A DNA stretch of 63,784 bases, filler included, from Chiloscyllium plagiosum (Eukaryota): assembly GCF_004010195.1 (NCBI RefSeq). It is 4 parts of one record of this genome, joined end to end, with 100 filler letters (N's around TTAATTAATTAA, not from the genome) between each part and the next. Parts side by side here need not be neighbours in the genome. Positions count along the whole stretch, not along the records: positions 27,318 to 49,462 come from NC_057715.1; positions 49,563 to 61,663 come from NC_057715.1; 2 more parts are not named here. The stretch is one strand, 5' to 3'. Shown here one piece after another: positions 36,400 through 49,802 of this stretch (positions are counted from its first letter, which is position 1; each line of letters begins with the position of its first letter). Made by a program: the position numbers and the translations under genes. The notes beneath the pieces are model-generated. The model saw nothing but the letters and a program-made list of their open reading frames with translations, was not told the DNA's origin and made no database searches.

Positions 36400-39390
36400 A
36401 CAACTTCCGGGAGCCCATGTATTGCAAAAGATGTGAATTTTTTCTATAATCGTTCCCTTCTTTGATGAATGAACTCTATGAACATTCATCCAATTTGAAT
36501 GGGGGTCCACAATGAGTAGGAATGCTGAGCCCATAAAAGGACATACGTAGTCAATGTTTAACTGAGTTTACCCGGCCATTCCCACAAATGTGGTGAAGAT
36601 GCTGGTGGTAATTTTTATCCTTATTGGCACTCTGGGCACTGCCCCACCAACACAACCATGACTGCATCCAAACCCAGCTGATAGACATAACTTCTCACCA
36701 CTATCTTCATTTTGGAAACCACTGGATGAACCTGGTGGAGTTCAGCCAGTAACTGGCAGTGATCTTTGCTTAGGGCAATCACTGTTGCTCCCTATAATAA
36801 TATGCTGTCATCTACTGTGATCTGTTGGCTCTGGGTCCAAAAAGGTTTCAGTTCTCATTGTGATGGCCCTTTGGTTTCCCCGATCACCACCAGCTGTTTC
36901 AGTTTTGCCAGGACCAGATCCAAAGTCTGACATTGTCAGTTGTGATTGAAAGTGGGTCCAGAAATTTAAAACCATTATGGATTCTTCCAGTGGTGTATCT
37001 ACCAGCAGGAGGTGGCTCAATGCATCTGCATTTGCTAGTTGGCCTCCAGAGGTGTTCAATTTGTAATCTATAATTTGTAATTATACTCACTTAATTTTAG
37101 AGTCCACCGCTGAATTCAGTCTGAAGTTATGGGTGACACTGCCTTGTCAGCTTTAAGTAGACCAAATGGCTGTGGTCTGTTATTATTACAAAATTTAGGG
37201 CAATAAAGGTATTAGTGGAACTTCCTGACTACAAATATGACTGTCAAACCTTCCTTCTCTATCTGGGTGTATTTATGCTCTGCATTAGCCACAGTCCTGG
37301 ATGCATACGCCATTAGTTGTTCTTATTCATTGGGCTACCTATGAGCTAATATTACCCCAATGCTGTTTGGAGAGGTATCACATGTCAATACCAGATCTCA
37401 CTTGGGATCATAGTGTACCAACACTTTAGCGGATGATAGGTGTTTCTTTATTTCCCTGAAAACTATGGCTTGACTATGTGACCACTTCCAAGGCTAAGTC
37501 TTTTTTCAGAGCTGATGGAAAGATGCTAGGATGGAGGCCAGATTATGTATGAATTTTCCATAATAATTCATCAGCCCAATGAAAGACCTACATGGAAGCC
37601 AGGGCAACTTTGATTGCCTTCACTTTTTCTTCTAAATGGATATAGCCCAGTCTTGCCAACTCTGTAGCTCAAGTAAGTCACTCTGGGTACCTGAAATGCA
37701 GGGTTTTCCCTTCTAACAAATCTAAGGAATATGTCTAAGTTCTCTAAATGTTATTCATTGATCTTCCCTGTTATTAGCACAACTTCTAGATAAATAGTGA
37801 CCTGGGGTAGACCTTGTAAAATGTCCTCCATTGTCTGCTGAAAAATACCCTAAAATGGCAGTCTTGTATATTGGTACAAACCCCTCTGGGCACTAATTGT
37901 AGCATACTTCTGGGAATCCTCATCTAACCACAATTGGCTCATTTACAGCTTCATGAAGGACATACCCCCTGCCAGCTTTGCAAATAAATCCTCAATGCAA
38001 GTGATCGGGTACTTATCCAACTGCTAAAAGCAGTTTACTACTTGCTTTAAATCCCCATGAATCCATTGGTTTCCTGATTAGTACCTTTTACTACAATCAG
38101 TGGTAACTGAACCAGCTGCTTCTCGTAAGAGCGGAACCAAAGTTGTTCCCTTAATCTTGAAGGTTCCTCGGTATAGGTTCTCAGTCTAGCCAAGGTCTTG
38201 CACAAACCTAAGGGTTGGAGCACAGAATGAATTTTGTTAAAACTGGCTGTGCGATCACGGAAACAACCCAGTCGGCATTGAACTCCATTAGAATTGGGTG
38301 ACCATTTAAGCAGATGTTTATTTTGATTGGTTCTAATTTGGACGTTGCTAAGAAATTTAACTGTTCCAACCCCGGTGTAGGTGGACTTCCAGGGTGTGCA
38401 TTCCCCTGGATACTGGCTTACAGATCTCATGGGACTCTTCTGCTATCTTGAGTCCAGCAGCATTTTCAATGTCTTGCCAGCCCAGATCCTGAAGAAATTT
38501 TTAACCACTTGGCGAAGGCTTGGTTTTGTTTCAGGGTTTTGTTGTGGGCTAACCTAGAGCCCTTCTGTTCAGGAAATGTCCTGACTGAGGCTGTGCAATT
38601 GCCATTCACTCAAGTGGTGTTCCCCAAGCTCAGTTGCGCTGGCATCGGTGCCCACTTCCATTGGACTAGCCTGCAACACATAAGCTCCATTTGCTGCTTT
38701 TGCCAATGATAAAGCCAATTGTAGTGTCAGTTTGAATTACAGTTGGCCTTCAGCTTTACACAGTTACATCAATAATCTCACATATCAAACAGTCTCTCAG
38801 CATCTCAAGTGTTAAACCAAAGACACATGCTTCTGCCAGACGTCTAAAACTAGTCAAAAATCCTGATATGGATTCCCCTCATTTCCAAATTGCCAAGTAA
38901 TTCTGATAGCGTTTCAGAATTAGGGGAGACTCAGGCTCATAATATTCCTTAACTAAATCCATCAACTCATGAAAGGTTTTCGTATCCGGTGCCTCAGGGA
39001 AAGTTAGGTTCCTAATAACTGAAAAAGGCTGCAGGTCCACAAGCTATCAAGAGAATTATTCATTATTTTTCATCAGCCTCAATGTCATTTGGCCGGAACA
39101 CTTAACACATCCTTCCCATATAATTGACTCCGTCTTCAATGGCAAGATTAAATGAGTCAAAATTCTCAAATAATCACATGTTGCCAGAAATGCCGAGCCC
39201 AACTAAAAGATGACTGCTGTGAGCAAATTTCTTCCAGAGCATGCTTCTCTCTCATCGCCACTGGAATAACTCCAGAGGCCAGCATCCCATCACCAAGTCT
39301 TCCTTTATTTATACGTGGAGAGTCCTAAACACTAATGCAGCTCCCTCAGACCCAGCTCTCAGAATGAACAGGATGTCTGACACTCCTGCT
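36400..39390 (-). mobile_element. Degenerate Mag-like Ty3/Gypsy LTR retrotransposon
   Basis: LTR remnant ~39262-39390 followed by PBS TGGCGATGAG (39251-39260); gag, PR, RT (IYLEV for YLDD, ~37790), RNase H CDTSPNSIGVILAH, ANADALS, integrase LHQVHP...; canonical RT-RH-INT order. Confidence 0.8.
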
Positions 39391-40253
39391 CTTTTTTATT
39401 TTTTTTCTCTCATTCCCCACACTACCGCCTAACCGCGATAGTGCTTATTTTTACCCCAGCACCCATGGTGTNNNNNNNNNNNNNNNNNNNNNNNNNNNNN
39501 NNNNNNNNNNNNNNNNNNNNNNNNNNNNNNNNNNNNNNNNNNNNNNNNNNNNNNNNNNNNNNNNNNNNNNNNNNNNNNNNNNNNNNNNNNNNNNNNNNNN
39601 NNNNNNNNNNNNNNNNNNNNNNNNNNNNNNNNNNNNNNNNNNNNNNNNNNNNNNNNNNNNNNNNNNNNNNNNNNNNNNNNNNNNNNNNNNNNNNNNNNNN
39701 NNNNNNNNNNNNNNNNNNNNNNNNNNNNNNNNNNNNNNNNNNNNNNNNNNNNNNNNNNNNNNNNNNNNNNNNNNNNNNNNNNNNNNNNNNNNNNNNNNNN
39801 NNNNNNNNNNNNNNNNNNNNNNNNNNNNNNNNNNNNNNNNNNNNNNNNNNNNNNNNNNNNNNNNNNNNNNNNNNNNNNNNNNNNNNNNNNNNNNNNNNNN
39901 NNNNNNNNNNNNNNNNNNNNNNNNNNNNNNNNNNNNNNNNNNNNNNNNNNNNNNNNNNNNNNNNNNNNNNNTTGTTAATTTTATATTTGAGCTAGATAAA
40001 TTTTTGATCAGCCAAGGTATTAAGGGCCATGGGCCAAATGCAGGTACATGTCGTTAGATCAACTATGATCTCATTGAGTTACAGAACACACATGAAAGCC
40101 TGAATGGTCTATTCCTGTTCCTATGTTAGTGTGATTTATCTTGTATACTTCAAAATAGAGCTCCAATGCACCCAGTTTATCCACTTCTAAATGTTACTTT
40201 TATTTTTATTTATTTCCTTCTGGGTGCTGACAGTTCAAGCATGGACTGTCCTG

Positions 40254-40267
40254 GTTGTCATGGTGAC
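40254..40267. promoter_or_regulatory. Candidate RFX X-box
   Basis: GTTGTC-AT-GGTGAC, an imperfect palindrome fitting the RFX X-box pattern, in apparently non-repeat sequence. Confidence 0.35.
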
Positions 40268-41764
40268 ACATCGCTACTGGGTTGGCCTGAAACAACCTCT
40301 CCTCAGTTCTTCGTAGACGGTAAAGCCAAACTAACTTACACTATCACTCTGCTTCATACGGTTTGAAAGAAGAAACGAATTGAATTTTGTTTCTGCTAAC
40401 ATTTATTGAAAAGGTTCGCTGTCATTTGTTAGCAATGTTTATCTGTAAATCAAATTATCAACACAATAAAATGGGATGCTGGACACAATGTAGAGCTCAT
40501 GAAGAGCAGAGGGTGAAAACTTAGACAGTGAAGAATGCTTCATATAAAAAAAAGCCTGAGTTTAATTGTTAGTGTGTGATCCACTTCTCCCCACTCACGT
40601 CCTCTTCTCATCCACCCCCACCTGACATGAATCCTGACATGAGACTTTTTAATGAGAGGTGCTGATGTGAAATGACCCTTACCTTCCTAAACACACAGCA
40701 ATCTAATTTGGTCCAGTATACCAATTACAGGCCTCAGTGGAGCACTTTGCTATGAAACAATCAAGTCACAATAGAATTAGGACATGTCGTGGTGCATCCA
40801 AAGGGAAAGACAATTGCAGGCATAAGTGCTGATTTATGCTTTTTGAGAGTCTGTAAAGAGCAGCTATATAATCCATGCTCCTGCAGAGTTGCCTCCATAA
40901 AATCCTTTTCTTTAAATCCCAGTGCCCAATTCCCTCTGTGTTCTTCATGGACAATTTGTTTGTTGTGTATCACACAATTGTATCACACTCCTAGCTTAGC
41001 TAGTTGAGATAATGTTATATAAAGTGCTGGAGGAGACAGTGATGAATTGTGACCTTATTCCCTTATTGGCTGTGGACCTTGGAAATTATACATGCAATTA
41101 AAAGCCAAAATGCTGATATTACTCACAGGAAGCTCTTACACATCAGTAAGGGCCACTAGTTTGCTGACACTTTGCAACAGAGATAGTGAGCCGGGTGGTA
41201 GATTAATTGAGCATTGTAAATTTTCAGTCTCAACAGATAGGGGCAGGGTAAGGCATCTATGGTAGAGATAAATCTCAGCTATGGCCACAGAGGGAGGATG
41301 TAGGACCTCTCTAATGTTGTGGAAACTTTGATGTGATTAGTGCATGTATGACCCAAAACTATTTCTCTTTAATTTAAATAGATACTAGCGTTTTCCCCCC
41401 TCTCTCTCATGCTGTCTTCTTGAGGCGGATGTCTCGGTTAAGCAAAAGAGAAAAAGCACAGATAGCATTTTTGTCTCTAGTAGAAAATTCTCATTAGCTT
41501 TGAAAGAAAAACTCTTCTCCTTTACGCTTTTCTCATGATTCAACTAATTTAATGACAACTGCTTTATCTGGGTATCTACCCTGTCTACCTTGAGGGTGGG
41601 GGGAGAGGTGCGGGTGTGACACAGAGGGAGAAGTACAGGCAGCATATTTAATTTTTAAAATCAAATCCTACTTGTGGTTTATTTTGCAATTGCGTGCTTT
41701 GGTTCACTGTTCACAATTTAAGCCAACATATCTAAATCAATATTACATGTTCCCGATCAAGTTG

Positions 41765-42078
41765 GGGTGGCACGGTGGCTAGTACAGCACCAGGGACCAA
41801 GGTTTGATTCTGTTCGAGGTCTGTGTGGAGTTTACACGTTCTCCCCATGCCTGCATGGCCTTTCTCCAGATGCTTTGGTTTCCTCCCACAGTCCAATGAT
41901 TAGATGAATTGGCCAGGCTAAATTGTCCATAATGTCCAGGGATGTGTAGGTTAGATGGGTTAGCCATAGGAAATGTGAGGTTATGGTGATAGAGTTAGTT
42001 CGGGTGGCATGCTCTTTGGACAGTTGATGTGGACACGGTGGACTAAATTGCCTGCTTTCACACTGTAGGGATTCTATA
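41765..42078 (+). mobile_element. HE1-like SINE (degenerate)
   Basis: GGGTGGCACGGTGGC...GTGTGGAGTTTACACGTTCTCCC...CTGTAGGGATTCTAT. Confidence 0.85.
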
Positions 42079-43139
42079 ACTGTGCTTCTTGACCTTCTTA
42101 TCTCCAATGGAAATACAGAATCTGTTGGTTAAGGCTGTCAGTAACTAAGCCATAATAATCAACAGACTGCGATTTTGGTATCTGAGTGAGCTAATCTTAA
42201 CCAAGATTCAGAGAGACAGGCACTGGCTATCAGAATGGCCATTCTGAAGTCTATCCAGCAAACCTTGCTGAAGTAGACTTTTATGCATCTCAGACTGGGT
42301 TGGAATTAACGCCATCCCCACAATCAGCTCGTCTGACAACTTGCTGGGTTGAGGTCAGTTGAAAACAATTGAATGAAATACAAGAGGATGGAGTGCATCT
42401 CAGGGACCTTGGATTTCTAATATTGTGTGCTTATAGAGAGCATTGTACATTGGAATGCCAACTGGAGTACTGCCTACAGAGAATAACATATCCATTTTAC
42501 AACAGATCCAAAGTTTTTATCTTCTTTTAAAAATGTAAATGGATTTGGTAAAAAAGGATTAAATTCAATGAAAAAAAAAGAGAAAAAAAAGAATAACAAT
42601 TTCTTTTCAATTTTGCTTTCCCCAGTCAGAACCATTTTATGTGCGATTATTTTCTATCAGAATGTATCTGTAGCCTGTCTTATTGGTAAATCCAATCCTT
42701 ACCTTGGCAAATCACCTAGTGTGAAGTCTTCAATAGAGATGGGAGGAAGGAATTGAGAGCTTAAGGAAGGGTAAATACAAGGAACAGATTGAGGGAGGAA
42801 GGAATTGAGAATGGGATGGATTGTGGCAGGGTAGGAATGAAGGAGGGAGGGAGGGAGAAAGGAAATTAAATTAAAATAAAATGTACTCTCACTATTCCTT
42901 TCATGCAGACAAATATATTTCCAAATCTCAGGCAAATTCAGCGCAATGGTACAATTACTGCTTTGTAAAAGCTGCCTGTGTAAATCTGGATTTGATAATA
43001 TATCAGTTAATGTGTTTAAATGGTACACAGACTTGTTTCTGAGAAAGATAACAATATGGCCAAAACACAACATGCCCAGATCAGCAAGAAATAAGATCCT
43101 CTAGGCTTCTGAACTGCCTCGACCCAGAGATTTACTCAC

Positions 43140-43293
43140 CATATCCAGCTACATAATTTTCTCTCTATTGCTTTTTAATGGCGAGAGTAAACTACAATGC
43201 ATTAAGGATCTAATGAAGAAATGTTTCACCTCTACTGTCTTTGTGGAGAAAAATTTCCATGAAGACAAAATAACTCATAAAGCAGTCAAGGTT
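43140..43293 (-). other. Candidate non-coding exon
   Basis: Minus-strand acceptor TTTTTCTTGTAG| and donor ATG|GTGAGT; stops in all three frames. Confidence 0.3.
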
Positions 43294-44299
43294 CTACAAG
43301 AAAAACTGGGATCTGGTTTACTTGCAATTAGGCTCCGTTTAACAAATGTTGAATTTTGTACTTTTCAAATAATCAAAGATCACACATTAGTATGAATGAA
43401 TCATAAAATTTTATTTATGATCTGGATTCAAGACACAAACACATTTTGTGTTTTTATTACAACAATTTTCTATTTTTCCACAATGAGGTTTATTTTGGCT
43501 ATGATGCATCAGTAAGAAACAGTAGCAATAATAATGAAGCAACTTCAACTGATATTATAATGATGTTTCAAAAAGCACATCAAGAATAGAGCAGAACAGT
43601 ACAAAGAGCTGCACAGTATATACAATATAGATCTTACTTATATTTGCAACTGATTTTTAAAAATCCATTGCAATTCTTTTCTTTTGTCGTTTTTATCTCA
43701 AATATATATTTGGTCTCTGTGCGTCAGACTGTTCTGAGGCGAAGTCTCTAGTAGTAATATTTTCAGTGCTTAAATTTATCTTGAGACCTTAGCATTTTTA
43801 ATAGCACACCCAGGATAATAATCAAAAATCTTCTGCAATAAGATCCAACATCAGGTCCTTCTTGACTCTTATCCCTTGTGGGATATAGGAACATTAGATT
43901 TAGCTACCATACAAATTTACTGAATAATAGAAAATATGTAAACAAAAATCCTAGAGTTATAAAGCTGAACAGAACTGCTCCTAAATTCATAAAGTTGCAA
44001 TTGTAATAGAAACATTGCAAATTCATAGTGTTGAATCTAATTTCAGTGAGTTTTTGGAGGGTTTTCATTGTGAGATTTCTTGCTGTATCCTACTAAAGAC
44101 ACAAATCTCTCGCTAACTTTGATGAACAGGCCTTGGACATGATTGACATAAAGTTACAAAAGAGATCATATTGGACCTAAACCATAACACTGTTTCTCTC
44201 TTCATAGATGCTGCCAGACCTGCTGATTTTCTGCAGCAATATTTTGTTTTTAACATCAGATTTCCAACATTTGCAATATTTTGTTTTTATTCAAATATT

Positions 44300-45130
44300 G
44301 ACAGACTCTAGAGGAGAAAGGAGATATTTGGATATAATTTAGAAGCATAATATACGAAAGGGCTGTTTCTTTTCAGGAGAGATTATGATCACAGATTTGA
44401 AGGACAAGGGGGTAATGTATGAGGAGGGAGAACCAGGAACCCCACATAAACTAATGTGAAAGCCAAGAAGTGAAAACAGGTGATCAACAGTTTGGTGGGA
44501 ATCATGTCATGAGAAAAGAGGTGGATCTCATGGACAAGTTGAGTTCAGAGAGAGGAAAAGCAAAGATAGGAAGGAAGCTAGAAAACTGTAACAATTAATG
44601 GAAATCTTAGTCTGACTGATGCATGTGGCAAAGGATGGAAGTCGCAGAGACAGCTGAGTGAATGCTCTCATTCTTTAGTGACAAAGGAATCCATTAGCCC
44701 TTTACGTTTGTTGCTTGAGCAGAGGTTGAAAAGGACAGGGAAGAGGGGATTAAGAAGATGACTAGCAGTGAGGGAAATAAGCCAAGGGTTCTCTTTGTGT
44801 TGGAGAATGATCCGAGAATAGTGAACACTTCCAGCAGATGAGGGTAAGGCCCAATGTACTTCATGTGTTCCAGTTGGATCTGGTGTGGATGGAAGATTAA
44901 CCCATCATTACCTAATGTCCACAATTTTCCCGTTCAATTCTGCAACTTAAAGGTAGCAGAGATGAGGACTGTAGCAGGGGGCATGACCAGGGTAAACAAG
45001 AGTAATGGGAACTTGTGCATTAAAAATGGAGATGTAACTGCAGAAACGTTGTGGTAAATGAAGGGCCAAAGGCATAACTAAGTCAACACTAAATGTAAAG
45101 GGAGGATGAACAGACGGGTAAGAAAAGGTT
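44300..45130 (-). mobile_element. Old L2-like LINE relic
   Basis: Purine-rich plus strand typical of the antisense of L2-type ORF2; no intact motifs. Confidence 0.35.
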
Positions 45131-45544
45131 GATAGAACTGTACAAAAACATCTTTTTGACATTTTTTGTCATTCTAAGATCCTATATCGGCTTTTGTAAT
45201 TAAGTGTCCTTTATGAACTTGTCTTTCTATAACTGGATCCTTGTTCCAGTGGCAGTGATGTAGTATTAAATGTAAACGGAAATAAAAGAAAAGAGAAATA
45301 TAAGAAGAAGAAGAAGCAAGGGTACAATTTTTAAACGTAATGTTAAAGGTAAGTGACATAATAAAAGGCAGGATTCATTCCCACATGGACCTTGATTGGA
45401 AAGATGATGAGATAAGTTGATCTTTCTTGAAGATAATTGAGGATGACAAACACATTCAAGAGTCAGAGACAGGATGTATAGTCTATGAACAAAAATGTCT
45501 GATAGTTAATAAAAAGATAATTACAAGTTAAAATAACAACGGGA

Positions 45545-46067
45545 TACCATGCACAATTCTGTTTGTCCTACTATAGGAAGGATGTTGTTAAACTGGAAAG
45601 GGTACAGAAAAGTTTACAAGGATGTTTTCAAAACTGGAAGTTTTGAGTTAAAAGCAGAGGCTGGATAGGCTGGGGATTTTTTTCCCCTGGCGTGTCGGAA
45701 GCTGAGGGGCTGGCCTTACAGTAGAAGTTTATGAAATTATGAGGGGCATAGATAAGGTGAATAGACAAGGATAGGCGAATGCAAAACTAGACAGCACAAG
45801 TTTATGGGGAGAGGGGAAAGATTTAAAAGGGACCTGAGGGACAGTGTGTATATGGTGGTGTGTGTATAGAATGAGCTGCCAGAGGAAATGGTAGACACAG
45901 ATACAATTACAACAGGTAAAAGATATTTGGACAAGTGCATGAATAGGAAAGGTTTAAAGAGATATGGACCAAACATAGGCAAATGGCACTTGCTAAGTTT
46001 GAGATAACTAGTCAGCACAGATGGAGTGGACCGAAGGGTCTGCTTCCACACTGTATAACTCTATGAC
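45545..46067 (+). mobile_element. CR1 3' fragment
   Basis: YYRKDVVKLERVQK-type RT C-terminus, 3' UTR and ACTCTATGAC tail. Confidence 0.88.
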
Positions 46068-47546
46068 AGATGCCCTAGACCCATACTGCATCCCTAAATC
46101 TTGTTAGCCTCTACCGCTTTCTCACATTTAAAGACTATCCTGTAAATATAACCCTTTGACCATTCTTTTGGTCATCTAAACTGATATGTAACTGAATGTC
46201 AAACTTTGTTTCTCAAACTCCTGTGAATTGCTTTGGTTCATTCTATACTGTTGAAGATGCTGTTAAATCAAAGTTCTTGTGATAGAGCAACATGCAAAAA
46301 CAAAGCATGAGTGGACCCTCAGCAGCAGGCCACCTGATTACCTTCTTAGGTTCAGATGTATGGTGTGGCTTTACCTGTTTTTGGCACCTAGTGATATCTT
46401 TCACTTCTGTCAGTATGTGACACAGGGCAAGGGTTATTTAAGGTTGTTCACTCCTACCAGTCCCCCTTTATCTAGACCAGATCTAAATGATCAGTGGGAG
46501 AGGATGGACTAAGAGTGAGACTAAACAGATGAGGCACTCAGCTTTATCAGAAAGCTGAATTCTTGCATGATAGAAATAATTACAACTACATTACTTGACA
46601 GATATAATTACCAAGACTCTCAGGAGCTTTACAGAATACGTCTGCTCCATATAAAGGCTAGTCATAAACTCTTTGTTGCCACCCAAAGACTGTATTTGTC
46701 ATCATCAGATTCTTTGGGCTAATGCAACTTCAACATTAATTCTTTCAGAATCATTACCTTATACAACACATAGTACAGTAATTCTCTAGAACAAGAGCAG
46801 ACAAGGCCAAGATAATTTAGAAAACAAAATGACAAAAGTATGCGAATGACATAATTGTATGTATCACATATACTCTTGTAAAAGTTGACACCACGCCAAA
46901 GAAACCCAATTCTTTGTGTAATTTGTATGAAAGTCAATTCCTAGGTATCAAAGCCCAAAAACGTTCAGAACCAAAGTACAATTTTGAAAATTCTCATAAT
47001 TCCATTGTAAATATATACCAATGAATTTAATTATCGCCAATGAATGACTAAAATATCAGGTCATGCATGATAATTAGCATGAATTATCATGGGTGTTTGT
47101 TTTTTTCTTTATTCCATTATTTTGGTCTTTTTTGGGCCCAACTAAAACATGAATACTAGTCCATCAAAAACTTGACCACTGTAAAGTCAACCCATTACTT
47201 TTGGGCTCAAAAATTGGTTTCAAAAATTTAACTTTTACAGAAACATATGGTCAGCTGGTTGCGATGCAGATTAATGCCAACTGTGTGGGTTAAATTCCCA
47301 CATCCATGAAGGACTCTCCTTCTCAACCTCTCCCCAGCCTGAGGCTTGGTGACCCTTAGGTTAAACCACCACCAGTCATCTTTCTCTAATGTAAGTGCAG
47401 CCCTATGGTTATGTAGAAATACAACAACTTTACTTTTATTTTATAAGCAATCCATGAACAGCCTAACCATAATTCCGTTATTTAAACTTAATGCTTATTT
47501 CACATTAATTTTAAACAATCATCTTGAATTTTATTAATAAAGTTAC

Positions 47547-47931
47547 CTTTGACAGTTTGTATTTCAGACTCGCAGCCAATTTCAACTCTGTGTAAGTGGA
47601 TGGATTTTGAATGGATTAAATCTGGCAATTATTTTGGCTGGCATATTGAATAAAGACAACATAATGTCTGTTGCAGATAGTCAGAGTTACAGTTCTTTCA
47701 CTTTTATATCTTCAGAACATTTCCTATTTTTCTGTTGGACCGGGGTCTTTAGTCCAAGGTGTTAAATGCTAGGAACAACATGGTCATTAACCAGGAAGTT
47801 TAATGGAGCTTTACATCTGTTTCCACAATGGTCCTTTGGGCCCAAGCATCTGATGGTATAGAGGCAAATTTTTACAGGGATTTTGATTCCCATGTGGTCT
47901 TTCATTATCAATGTCCATACATATGTCTAGT
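47547..47931 (-). CDS. Candidate host exon containing a stop codon (coding 47931-47811)
   Basis: Acceptor TATTTTATAG|, donor AAG|GTAACT; phase-compatible with exon 48413-48468, giving ...RLDICMDIDNERPHGNQNPCKNLPLYHQMLGPKGPLWKQM*; protein not recognised. Confidence 0.3.
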
Positions 47932-48412
47932 CTATAAAATATTGGAGATTGGTAAACATTTTATAATTGCAATATATGCAAAAGTATGTATTGTGGCACC
48001 AGCTTATGTAATGAAATTATTTTCAATTGCAGAGCAAAGTACAGAAAGTTAAACTTTTACTGAATCTGTTACATTATCAAAAGCCTCCAGATTTAAACAC
48101 TTGACCTAGATTTTCTGTTCAATAATGTTGATTTCAAGTGGGGAGCATTAGGAAATTCCTGTGGACTTGCTTCATATTACCCAACAGAGGGAAATTCACA
48201 AAGATATGAACATTTGTACCAAACAAATAACAAAAGCAGCAATGCACCTTGCAAGCTATTACCCATTGTCTGTGATTAATAAAGTTGTGCACAACCAGCC
48301 CCTGTACACTGACAATGTCCAGTATCACTGTACTTGTTAGAAGGGAGTGCGATGGCCCATGCACTTTTGCGGAAAGAAGTATGTTTTACGTTAGCATTAT
48401 GGCTACTCTTAC

Positions 48413-48468
48413 CTTTCTCTAAAAGGTGATTTCTTGCAAAAAGCAACTTGTTCCAGGTGACCAACTAC
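48413..48468 (-). CDS. Candidate 56-nt host exon
   Basis: Strong acceptor TTTTTTTATCACTTATCTCCTAG| and donor AAG|GTAAGA; only one open frame, VVGHLEQVAFCKKSPFRE. Confidence 0.35.
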
Positions 48469-48599
48469 CTAGGAGATAAGTGATAAAAAAATCAAATGGT
48501 AAATAAAAGGTTCATTGCAGGGCACATACCTTAAAAGCAACATCCAGTTCCCCTCTATATTATTAGGGGTAGATGTGGGCTAGCCACCTGCATTTGACC

Positions 48600-49462
48600 T
48601 ATTACAGCTGTACTGAGGGAGGATATTCCCGGGAATAGATCTAGGGAAGTTATTTGGGTGGAACTGAGAAATAAAAAAGGGATGATCACCTTATTGTATC
48701 TATAGACCCTCTAATAGTCAGAGGGAAATTGAGAAACAAAGTTGAAAGGAGATCTTAGCTATCTGTAAGGATGGTAAGGGATTTTAACTTTCCAAACATA
48801 GACTGGGATTGCCATAGTGTTAAGGGTTTAGATGGAGAGAATTTGTTAAGTGTGTACAAGACAATTTTCTGATTCAGTATGTGGAAGTACCTACGAAGAA
48901 GGTGCTAAGCTTGACCTACTCTTAGGAAATAAGGCAGGGCAGATGATTGAGGTGTCAGTGGGAGAGCATTTTGGGGCCAGCGACCATAATTCTAAAATAG
49001 TGATGGAAAAGAATAGAACCAGATCTAAAAGTTGAAGTTCTAAATTGGAGAAAGGCCAATTTTGTTGGTATTAGGCAAGAATGTTCAAAAGCTGATCGGG
49101 GGCAGATGTTCACAGGTAAAGGGACGGGTGGAAAATGGGAAGCCTTCAGAAATGAGATAATGAGAATCCAGAGAAAAGTATATTCCTGTCAGGGTGAAAT
49201 GAAAGGCTGGTAGGTATAGGGAATGCTGGATGACTAAAGAAATTGAGGGTTTGGGTAAGAAAAAGAAGGAAGCATATGTAAGGTATAGACAGGATAGATC
49301 GAGTGAATCCTTAGAAGAGTATAATGGCAGTAGGTGTATACTTAAGAGAGAAATCAGGAGGGCAAAAAGGGGACATGAGATAGCTTTGGCAAATAGAATT
49401 AAGGAGAATCCAAAGAGTTTTTACAAATACATTAAGGACAAAAGGGTAACTAGGGAGAGAAT
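48600..49462 (+). mobile_element. CR1 LINE ORF2 (endonuclease/linker region), ends at gap
   Basis: DFNFPNIDW, LDLLLGNK, EHFGASDHNS, WMTKEIEGL...KENPKSFYKYI. Confidence 0.92.
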
Positions 49463-49562
49463 NNNNNNNNNNNNNNNNNNNNNNNNNNNNNNNNNNNNNN
49501 NNNNNNTTAATTAATTAANNNNNNNNNNNNNNNNNNNNNNNNNNNNNNNNNNNNNNNNNNNN

Positions 49563-49716
49563 CTCCCTCATTATGGGCATTTATGCGGGCATTGGATAGG
49601 CATATGGAGGATAGTGGGCTAGTGTAGGTTAGGTGGGCTTGGATCGGCGCAACATCGAGGGCCGAAGGGCCTGTACTGTACTGTATTCTTCTATGTTCTA
49701 TGTTCTATGTTCTATG
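49563..49716 (+). mobile_element. CR1-type 3' end of another subfamily with (TTCTATG)n tail
   Basis: GGGCCGAAGGGCCTGTACTG followed by 4x TTCTATG. Confidence 0.75.
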
Positions 49717-49802
49717 CAGCAGAGGATAGCCACCTACAGTGGGTTGGATAAAGATCTGGTAAGTCTAAGGGGACAGAATTGGGCTGGGGTCCTTGGGTCA
49801 GG

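Noticed and set aside
39441..39995. 184-aa ORF and other X-rich ORFs (3596-4154, 27262-27498)
   Set aside because: Open only because they read through N gaps
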